Below are positions 1 through 7,591 of a stretch of DNA of 11,954 nucleotides, piece by piece (position 1 is the stretch's first letter; every line of letters begins with the position of its first letter). Made by a program: the position numbers and the translations under genes. The notes under the pieces are model-generated. The model searched no databases, was not told the DNA's origin, and saw nothing but the letters and a program-made list of their open reading frames with translations. Source of the stretch: Octopus sinensis (taxonomy: Eukaryota); NCBI RefSeq assembly GCF_006345805.1, contig NW_021826699.1, forward strand, positions 1 through 11,954. Direction: 5' to 3'.

Positions 1-54
1 AGTTATGAGATCACAGTCCTTTCTTTCCAGCACCAGAGCAGCCACCTGCGGAGG

Positions 55-1131
55 TCACTCTGGGTTATCAATACAACTCGGTTCCCTCAGGACCCGACTA
101 TCCATATCATTCTCCACGAAACTCTCAAAGCCCCTCCCCTGAGATAGCAGGACATACATTCTTCACCACCTTCACTGGAAGGGGCCTCAACTCCCTCACT
201 CGGCGGCACACATCTCACTGACGAGGTCATCTTCTCCCCCCCCCTCCGGTGGCACATATACCACCGAAGGGGTTTCGGGACATGCCATTTTTCTTTTTTC
301 TCTTCTTTTTTCCTTTTACGACGGGAGTTAGGAGTTCCTCCGATATCTCCACAGGACCCTCCCTCGCCCCGCCGTCTCAGGATACATCGGTAGGCAACCA
401 TTTTTGTCCCCCTTCTTTCTTTTCTTCCCCTTTGTTTTGGAGGAGGTTACCTCCTCCCCAACGCTTTCCCCACTGGAGGATCAGGGGACATCTCTTCAAT
501 TAACTGTTCCAGGACCTTTGCCTGGTCCCGGCGACAGCTCTTCCTTATGTGGCCTGATTCCAGGCACAGGTAACACTGGGGGGGGGGCTCAATCATCACC
601 AGGTACCTGGAACCGGCCATTGTTAAAAAATCTGGTAAAACCAGATCTTCAGCCGATTGGGCCCATAGGGTCAAAATTGCTTTTGACTCGACCCAATCGA
701 CCGCAGGCAGTAATTTTACATTTAAGAGCCTGGCAGGGCCACTACTCACGCCCCGCCGGATAGTATCTTCTATCCATTCGGCCTCTATACCGGAGGCAGC
801 CCGCACAACCAGGCTCTTGTCAACCCTCTACCGCCATAAGTAGGGAGAAACAAAATTTTCTCCCCTCCAAAGGCGTGTTCGCAAAATCACGAGCTTCCGC
901 AGGGGTGTTAAAAAGTACACACACAGTTCCATACTTCGTACACCTGCGGATAAACTTAACAGTTGGCAGATAGTCTGCCAGCCCCTCCTCAATTTCTTCC
1001 TCAGAGAAGACCTTGATGGTGTCAAGGACCCTGGAATAGATCCTTAACACCACGGATCTCTCCGTATAATTTTTCACCCATTCTTTGGAGGCCAGAATTT
1101 TCCACCTCAAAGCGGATTTCACCGTTGCCAT
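55..1131 (-). pseudogene. Decayed ORF1 (gag-like nucleic-acid-binding protein) of an L1/Tx1-clade non-LTR retrotransposon
   Basis: ATG at 1131 (MATVKSALRW...) opens a reading frame that can be rebuilt through two single-base frameshifts (~863 and ~791): ...NTPLEG/EKILFLPTYGGRGLTRAWLCGLPP/GIEAEWIEDTIRR...PPPQCYLCLESGHIRKSC. This is a C-X2-C-X4-H-X4-C zinc knuckle at 534-575. A stop at 447 is followed by a basic low-complexity tail (KRKKEEKKEKW) and a last frame ending ...REPSCIDNPE* at 55-57. A pyrimidine-rich putative 5' UTR lies at ~1132-1270. Confidence 0.8.
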
Positions 1132-1303
1132 GTTGATAGCCAAAACAAGAAAAAGTCTACAAACAAAAATCAAAATGTTCAAATGAAAGTCTATAAAGAA
1201 ACTCAAAAAAGATCAGAAAGGCAGACAGGAGAAGAAAGAGCGAAGTCATCCTTTGCAACTTGCAAGCTGTGGTGCTTCATTAAGCACTTTCTTAATTGTT
1301 GGC

Positions 1304-1493
1304 TTCAAATTTTAGCACAAGGCCAGCAATTTCAGGGTGGGGCTAAGTCGATTACATCGTCTCCAATGCTCGACTGGTACTTATTTCATCGACTCCAAAA
1401 CGATGAAAGGCAAAGCAGACCACGACGGAATTTGAACTCAGGACGTAGAAATTTTGCGCTGCGTGATAAACGATTCTTCAAGCTCGCCGCCTT
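1304..1493 (-). mobile_element. tRNA-derived SINE, type A (cephalopod family), degenerate copy
   Basis: Homologous to the copies at 6571-6785, 7149-7360 and 7374-7591. The minus strand carries B-box-like GAGTTCAAATTCC, then TTTGCCTTTCATCGTTTTGGAGTCGATG and the tail GCTGGCCTTGTGCTAAAATTTGAA. The A-box region is partly deleted. Confidence 0.85.
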
Positions 1494-1912
1494 ACACCTC
1501 CTCCTAATTGTTGAGCTTGTACAAAGATTGGATTGTATGGGACTTCATTATCTTGAGGAACTTGGAGATATTGGTGATATTTTTAGCTATCTCGGTTGCG
1601 TCAGAGGAATACTTTATTCGCTGACAAAGTAGTCAACTCGAGACATTTGAAGTCTGATCAGTTAACACGAAAGGTATGAGTCAGATGTTGTTTTGTGGAA
1701 GGGAGGTGGCAAGTGTTTCTTGAATTAAACAATAGTCGTAGAAACTGATGGGAAACGAAACAGTGATAAATTTCCCCAATGTATATTCAGAGCCGGGAAA
1801 GACAATGATATCTTGTCGCGTGAGCCATGTCACGAATTTCAAGGAGTGGAGACGAGACGACGTGCAACAATATCCAACATAGGTCAGCATAGAGGAAAGT
1901 CGAATGTGAACT

Positions 1913-1940
1913 GATGATGAGGATGATGAAGAAGATGATG

Positions 1941-1972
<32 letters not shown>

Positions 1973-2106
1973 GATGATGATGATGACGACGATGACGACG
2001 ATGATGACGTGGAAAAGAATGATGACGATGACAATGATCAGTAGCAGCATCGTTGCAGTTGTCGTCGTCGTTATCATCATCATCGACATCATCAACATCA
2101 TCGTCA
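1913..2106. repeat. Trinucleotide microsatellite (GAT/GAC)n switching to complementary (ATC/GTC)n
   Basis: Read directly; accounts for the poly-S/M/D/H/I ORFs in the track. Confidence 0.9.
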
Positions 2107-2145
2107 CCACGTGTACGTATATAAATATATGTATATACATATGTA

Positions 2146-2306
2146 CAGATAGATAGACAGACAGGCAGACAGATAGATAGATAGACAGATAGATATGATA
2201 TAGATAGATAGTTTGACCGATAGACAGACAAGAGACTGACAGACAGACAGATAGAAAGATAAATATATATATTATATATATATTATATATATATATATAT
2301 ATAGAT

Positions 2307-2344
<38 letters not shown>

Positions 2345-2397
2345 TATATAGATAGATAGATAGATAGATAGATAGATGATAGATAGATAGATAGATA
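2146..2397. repeat. Compound (GATA/GACA)n-(AT)n-(GATA)n microsatellite
   Basis: Read directly. Confidence 0.95.
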
Positions 2398-3674
2398 TGT
2401 TTCTTTATTAGCCACACAGGCTGCTCACAGATGGGACAAATTACAAGCTAGAGCTTTTCTTTTTGGGTATAAAAAAAGGGGGTTTTGGTTTTCGATCAAA
2501 AGGAATCGTAAAAGGAAAGAAAGAGGAAAGCAAAAACAGAGGTGGGGGGAGGAAATAAAAGGAAAAAGAAAAAAATCAATCAATAGGGATCGTTATCACG
2601 GAAATGTCAATATAAAGTGTAAAGGGGAGACAGGTGAGGTTTACCCGTGGAAAGAAAAGCCTACGGAAAAGACCACGGTAACCTCGGTCAATGAAGTCAC
2701 ATACTCTCTTTTTACTCTTTTACTTGTTTCAGTCATTTGACTGCGGCCATGCTGGAGCACCGCCTTTGGTCGAGCTTTTCTTTGTAAGCCCAGTACTTAT
2801 TCTATCGGTCTCTTTTGCCAAACCGCTAAGTGACGGGGAAGTAAACACACCAGCATAGGTTGTCAAGCAATGCTAGGGGGACAAACACAGACACACAAAC
2901 ACATACATATATACGACAGGCTTCTTTCAGTTTCCGTCTACCAAATCCACTCACAAGGCATTGGTCGGCCCGAGGCTATAGCAGACGACACTTGCCCAAG
3001 ATGCCACGCAGTGGGACTTAACCGAAGCAATTCTCTGTATTAATTTTTACGGTTCATAGGATCATATTCAAGGTGGCTTCGTCATTCATACATGCCATCC
3101 TTGCTACATTCACCCATCTTTTTTTAAAACATTCACTAGACAAAACTTGCCTCTCTACTCTCACTTTCCTCTTCAAGTGATACTTGAAGAAGTTGACGAG
3201 AGATTGACCAGAGAGGAAAGTGTTTGTCTCTAATTCTTTCAGGCGCGTCCACCAGATACATTCTTTCGCCATAGCCACAAGTATGATAAAAATAGCTCTT
3301 CCTTCCCGTTTGAAGGAAGGAGGCGAGACGATATTAACGATAGACTCGGCTGATAAACCAACAGGTCCCACACGTAACAGCAGCCGTTCGACCTAAGCCC
3401 ACAGGTCGGAGATTGTTGGACACTGCACGATTGCGTGCAGAATGGTTTCGTCGCTCTGCCCGCATCTCGGGCAGGTCGGCCCTGTGTTTCTGGAGCCATG
3501 CCTATAGAGCTTATCCCGAACGGGTAGCGCTACTCGGTAGCACTGCCAGGGATCTCTGGAAGTTGTCCATAGGTCCCGGCCCGAAAGTCGTCTCAAACAG
3601 GCGGGTCAGGTATTCCTCGTCGACGTCCAGGTTCGCCCCAAGATCGTCGTCGTTCCTCACCTCCACTAGTCCCC
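2398..3674 (-). mobile_element. 5'-truncated L1/Tx1-clade non-LTR retrotransposon (ORF2 C-terminus plus 3' UTR)
   Basis: The minus strand reads RGLVEVRNDDDLGANLDVDEEYLTRLFETTFGPGPMDNFQRSL/(frameshift ~3548)/WQCYRVALPVRDKLYRHGSRNTGPTCPRCGQSDETILHAIVQCPTISDLWA*VERLLLRVGPVGLSAESIV...NMIL* (in-frame TAG at 3393-3395, final stop at 3054-3056). The C-X2-C-X8-H-X4-C motif at 3420-3473 is the zf-RVT-type knuckle that follows the RT in L1/Tx1. A T-rich 3' UTR (2398-2702) ends in AATAAA (2404-2409 on minus), then GAAACA and (TATC)n. Confidence 0.88.
2703..3031 (-). mobile_element. tRNA-derived SINE, type B (CORE-like body), nested in the LINE 3' UTR
   Basis: Homologous to 10875-11275: GTCCCACTGCGTGGCATCTTGGGCAAGTGTC...GTGAGTGGATTTGGTAGACGGAAACTGAAAGAAGCC...CTCCAGCATGGCCGCAGTCAAATGACTGAAACAAGTAAAAGAG. 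The CTTGGGCAAGTG segment resembles the CORE-SINE domain. Small internal deletions affect the head and the GGGGTCGAT region. Confidence 0.88.
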
Positions 3675-3697
3675 TAGATAGATAGATAGATAGATAG

Positions 3698-3741
<44 letters not shown>

Positions 3742-3750
3742 CAGACAGAC
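3675..3750. repeat. (GATA)n/(GACA)n microsatellite at the LINE 5' truncation point
   Basis: Read directly. Confidence 0.95.
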
Positions 3751-4223
3751 ATGTTTATCTGCACTTTATTGCTTAATGTTTTGTAGTTGTCATAAAAGCC
3801 GTAGTATTTCAACACAGACGAAATGGCGAAGCAAATTTAATATTATTAGATCAGAATGAAAACCACCAATGGCTGTCATTGTTTCTTATTACAGTAGAAT
3901 ATCACGTGTCTCATCAATATCGTGAAATAGAACTGACATTAACGTAGCGGACATTTCATTACCAATTTTAGATCTCACCGCCATTGGTGACTAAATGTTG
4001 ACGTCATTAGCAATAACATCTCAACGGCCATTAAGAGCTCCCTCAGAGAGACATCAATATTTCTACTTAACTAATATCAATAAAGACCACGTGATAATAG
4101 AAATATGGTGGAAAATGGACGTTTGACGTCGATCTCGGTCGGCATTCGGTGTTTTATGATGTCTTTTTGATTGCGTTTTTGGTACTTAACTGATTCGAAA
4201 TTATAAACATTATATAATTTGGA

Positions 4224-4587
4224 GATGATGGCCTGATTGTGTGGTCAAGAAGTGTGCTTCGCGACCTCGTGGCTTCGAGTTCAATTCGGTGAGTATCCAC
4301 TACTATCGCCACTGGCCGATTAATCCTTTGTGAATTCGGTGAGTGGTAACTGTATAGAAGCCGGTTCTATGTATATGTGTGTGCGTGTGGTGTGTGTGTG
4401 TGTGTGTATGTGTGTGCGTGTGTGTGTGTGTGTGTTTGTACCCTCCACCACCGCTTGACAACTGGTGTGGGTGTCTTTACGTCCCCGTAAATTAGCGGTT
4501 CGGCAGAAGAGATCGATAAAATAAATACCATGCTTGAAAAAAAAAGTACTGGTGTCGGTACGTTCGACAAGAATTCTTCAAGGTGCT
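4224..4587 (+). mobile_element. tRNA-derived SINE, type B, old diverged copy
   Basis: Head TGTGTGGTCAAGAAGTGTGCTTC...GAGTTCAATTC, an internal (GT)n spacer, then CGCTTGACAACTGGTGTGGGTGTCTTTACGTCCCCGTAAATTAGCGGTTCGGCAGAAGAGATCGATAAAATAAATACC, colinear with 10875-11275. Confidence 0.75.
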
Positions 4588-4611
4588 ATATATATATATA
4601 TATATGTGTGT

Positions 4612-4690
<79 letters not shown>
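4588..4690. repeat. Compound (AT)n-(GT)n-(AT)n microsatellite
   Basis: Read directly. Confidence 0.95.
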
Positions 4691-4880
4691 ATGAATGAAT
4701 GAATTATCCTTTGTTTACCGTTAACATGGAAAATTCAATAAACATTTACCATGGTAGCAAAATTCACGCAAGTAACACGGATGAAGCGACCTATTCAAAG
4801 GTAGAAACTCCGGGTTAATGTGCAGTAATTTGTGCAGTATAAGTAAATAAATGGAGTTGAACGCAGATGCTATTCAAATT

Positions 4881-4934
4881 CTTTTACTTTCGACATATGT
4901 TGTAAACTGCAATCTTCTCATCAGGAAAGAAAGA
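4881..4934 (-). pseudogene. Inactivated hammerhead ribozyme copy in the left inverted-repeat arm
   Basis: The minus strand reads TCTTTCTTTC-CTGATGA-GAAGATTGCAGTTTACA-ACATATGTC-GAAAGTAAAAG. Against 5228-5295 it lacks 14 nt (CCGTTGTCTTCGAA), which removes the 3' strand of stem II and GAA of the GAAA box. Confidence 0.8.
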
Positions 4935-5227
4935 GAGCCTGTCTCAACAAGAAGGCATTATTACAATTACGATGACTGCCTAAATGATAAACAGAACGTT
5001 ATTCAGTATTTAAAAAAAAAACCGTTAGTAGATTCGACGTCAAAGGCAGACCCTAGGAAGAGAAGGGTTAAAGAAATAATAAGTAGAGAACAAATAAAGA
5101 GGGATACGCTAATTGAAAAAATATTCTAAGGCTTAGAAGTAGGTTTTTTAAAATACTTAATAACGTCCTGTTTATCATTTAGGCAGTCATCGTAATTGTT
5201 ATAATGTCTTGTTGTTGAGACGGGGTC

Positions 5228-5295
5228 TCTTTCTTTCCTGATGAGAAGATTGCATTTCACACCGTTGTCTTCGAAACATATGTCGAAAGTAAAGA
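5228..5295 (+). ncRNA. Type I hammerhead ribozyme, canonical core, GUC cleavage site after 5284
   Basis: Stem I is TCTTTCTTTC (5228-5237) paired with GAAAG-T-AAAGA (5285-5295, one bulge). Core CTGATGA is at 5238-5244. Stem II is GAAGA (5245-5249) with TCTTC (5268-5272), extendable by a U-G pair. GAAA is at 5273-5276. Stem III is AC/GT around loop ATAT, and ACATATGT (5276-5283) is a perfect palindrome. The GTC triplet is at 5282-5284. Confidence 0.9.
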
Positions 5296-5333
5296 ATTTT
5301 AATAACATGTGCGTTTAACTTCATTTATTTACT

Positions 5334-5428
5334 TATATATATATTAATATATATATTAATATATATATTATATAATATATATATATATATATAATATATG
5401 TATATATATATATATATATAATATTACT

Positions 5429-5497
<69 letters not shown>
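5334..5497. repeat. (AT)n microsatellite
   Basis: Read directly. Confidence 0.95.
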
Positions 5498-5499
<2 letters not shown>

Positions 5500-5622
5500 C
5501 TAACTTTCTCTTTATAAATATCCTGAAAATTCCACACTGCTGCTTTGGCTTTGTTGTCGCATTTTATTTAATACAAATACACACACCACCACCACCACCA
5601 CACCACACACACAGATGGAAAA

Positions 5623-5740
<118 letters not shown>

Positions 5741-6283
5741 TATGCATACATGTATAAGCATGCATATATTTATGTGTGCGTGTGTGTGTGAAACGAGTGG
5801 ACAATTCTAACGTCCAGAAGCGCAATTGTTATGTGACGTCTGCATTAAATGAGATTGTTGAAAGGCGACGCCTTTGTAATCCAGGACCGAGAAACCGCAG
5901 TCGAATATCTTATTAATAAACTAGAAAAACTACCAACAATCTAAGGTGTAACAGAGAAAGAAAATATTCCATGATTCATGTTTCTATGGATAACATAACA
6001 AATGTATACAGTTTTGTACTCCCAGAATGTCACTAAGGTATTCTTTTTCCCTATGAGACCTGCATCTTTTGTAAAAATCTATGTGAAATGATATCCGCAG
6101 GGAAGACTGCCGCCCTGGTGTAACCGAGAAAAATAAAACCGATGAAGGAATTCAGTCAAACATTTTGAAACAAGAAGGAATATTAGTGGAACATATCCAT
6201 GTAAACCTGAAGTAAGTCGACAACGAAATGCTCGTAGATAGGGCCATTTGGGACAAAAGCATAAATCATGCACCGTTTTAGCA

Positions 6284-6420
6284 GTCAAGTGGTTAGGGCG
6301 TTGCGCTCACGATCACGGAGACGGTGGTTTCGGTTTCTGGAACGCGCGGTGTGTTGTGTTCTTGAGCCAAACACTTTCTTTCACGTTGCTCCAATCAATC
6401 CACTCAGCTGCAAAATGAAT
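6284..6420 (+). mobile_element. tRNA-derived SINE, type C, head plus CORE/V-like body fragment
   Basis: A-box-like AGTGGTTAGGGCG, degenerate B-box GGTTTCGGTTTC, then TGTTGTGTTCTTGAGCCAAACACTTTCTTTCACGTTGCTCC...CCACTCAGCTG, resembling the GTGTCCTTGAGCAAGACACTT-type SINE body. Confidence 0.6.
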
Positions 6421-6570
6421 ATACAGACTGTCTTTCTGTTTGGTGCGAGAGTTCGGCTAATTGTTGTGATTTCAGTCGTTTGTACGCCATAAAAATTATC
6501 GATTAAACGACCCTATAAGTTGTAGAACTCGAAACAGCAATGTCTGGGAGTTCATGATGATGACAGTGAT

Positions 6571-6785
6571 GGCGGCGGGGGCAGAATCGTTAGCGCATGG
6601 ACGAAATGCTTAGCGGTATTTCGTCCATCTTTACGTTCTGAGTTCAAATTACACCGAGGTCGACTTTGCTTTTTCATCCTTTCGGGGTCGGTAAAATACG
6701 TACAAGAGAGTACTGGGGTCGATGTAATCGACTATCCCCCTACCCACAAAGTTTCAGGCCTTGTGCCTAGAGTAGAAAGGATTAT
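6571..6785 (+). mobile_element. tRNA-derived SINE, type A, near full length
   Basis: A-box GGCAGAATCGTTAG, B-box GAGTTCAAATTAC, body CATCCTTTCGGGGTCGGTAAAATACGTAC...CTGGGGTCGATGTAATCGACT, tail CAGGCCTTGTGCCTAGAGTAGAAAGGATTAT. Confidence 0.9.
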
Positions 6786-6855
6786 CTATTTCAAATAATG
6801 TGCATACAAACGTGGAACGGCAGTTCTTCTCTCAAAGAAACACCTCAGACATTTT

Positions 6856-6929
6856 TGTCGGCCAGCTCAGTTGGTGAGAATATCGTGCCAATAACACGAA
6901 TGTCGTGGGTTCCAGCCTCAAACTGACCA
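6856..6929 (+). pseudogene. tRNA-Ile (anticodon AAT) pseudogene
   Basis: The cloverleaf is colinear with eukaryotic tRNA-Ile(AAU): AGCTCAGTTGGT D-region, perfect anticodon stem TCGTG/CACGA (6883-6887/6895-6899) with loop CCAATAA (AAT at 6890-6892), GGGTTC T-region and ACTGACC-A 3' end. Mismatches in the acceptor, D and T stems, C at position 33 and TTCCAGC in place of TTCGANC argue against function. Confidence 0.8.
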
Positions 6930-7148
6930 GCAATGAAGTATTTTAAGCTGAAACTATTTCGAGTGCTTGTATTAATTACATTCATAATTATAAAAGAAGT
7001 TTGTCGATCCAACAAGAATTATGTCCAACGTCGATATAAGAAACAAAACTAATTTTATTGAAAATATATTCCTAGTTCCAAGAATGGTAAATACCTGAAT
7101 ATGACAGGATATTAGCAGTGTTCCTGAATGATATCGTTATAATAATGA

Positions 7149-7360
7149 TTTCAAATTTCGGCACAGGGCCAGCAATATCGGGGAAATGGGTAAATCGATT
7201 ACACTGACCCCGGTGTTAAACTGCTACTTGTTTTATCAACCCCAAAAAGATGAAAGACAAAATTTACCTTGGCAGAATTTGAACTCAGAACGTAGAAACG
7301 GACGAAATACCGCTAAACATTTCACCCGGTGTGCTAACGATTCTGCCAGTTCGATGCCTT
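7149..7360 (-). mobile_element. tRNA-derived SINE, type A (tail subtype ...GCCCTGTGCCGAAATTTGAA)
   Basis: The minus strand starts AAGGCATCGAACTGGCAGAATCGTTAGC and has B-box GAGTTCAAATTCTGCC; colinear with 6571-6785. Confidence 0.88.
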
Positions 7361-7373
7361 TGATATCGTTGCG

Positions 7374-7591
7374 ATAATCTTTTCTACTAAATGCAAGAGG
7401 CCTGAAATTTGGTGGGTGAGAACTAGTTGATTCCACCGACCCCAGTGCGCAACTGGTACTTAATCTATTGACCACGAAAGGATGAAAGGCAAAGTTGCCC
7501 TCAGCAGAATTTGAACTCAGAACGTAAAGACAGACGAAATACCACTACTCATTTCGCCTGGTGTGCCAACGTTTCTGCCAGCCACTGTCTT
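7374..7591 (-). mobile_element. tRNA-derived SINE, type A (tail subtype ...TAGTAGAAAAGATTAT)
   Basis: The minus strand starts AAGACAGTGGCTGGCAGAAACGTTGGC and has B-box GAGTTCAAATTCTGC. Its tail matches that of the 6571-6785 copy. Confidence 0.88.

Larger units (their letters stand above)
4838..5337 (+). mobile_element. Probable truncated Penelope-like element: inverted pair of pseudo-LTR-like arms (4838-5023 / 5142-5337) around a 118-bp spacer
   Basis: The arms are reverse complements, with about 15 substitutions plus a 14-nt and a few short indels by manual alignment (roughly 90% identity). The right arm holds a complete hammerhead. The unit ends in TA at left and runs into (AT)n at right. 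Hammerhead-bearing pLTRs, often inverted at 5'-truncated insertions, are an established hallmark of Penelope-like elements. Confidence 0.7.

Noticed and set aside
631-652. CTGAAGA followed by a hairpin on the minus strand
   Set aside because: No GAAA box or NUH site follows, and it lies inside the LINE ORF1; not a hammerhead.
1183-1632. 149-aa + strand ORF
   Set aside because: It runs antisense through the LINE leader and a SINE; no recognisable domain.
1745-1760. CTGATGG...GAAAC
   Set aside because: The core A9 is missing and no stems form.
1742-1882. Short + frame KLMGNETVINFPNVYSEPGKTMISCRVSHVTNFKEWRRDDVQQYPT* with Ig-like C...W spacing
   Set aside because: It is only 46 codons, and the possible donor (AG|GTCAGC) falls after an in-frame TAG; there is no further support.
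1681-2231. Poly-Ser/Met/His/Ile ORFs
   Set aside because: They are translations of the GAT/GAC/ATC and GATA microsatellites.
4703-4811. Segment resembling an octopus interspersed repeat I recall (CACGCAAGTAACAC...GACCTATTCAAAGGTAGAAACTCC)
   Set aside because: It is supported only by memory; there is no second copy or structural hallmark in the window.
4851-5308. Two opposite-strand ORFs sharing CNLLIRKER...NYDDCLNDKQ, suggesting paralogous small genes
   Set aside because: The shared peptide is the antisense reading of the hammerhead-bearing inverted-repeat arms and has no coding hallmarks.
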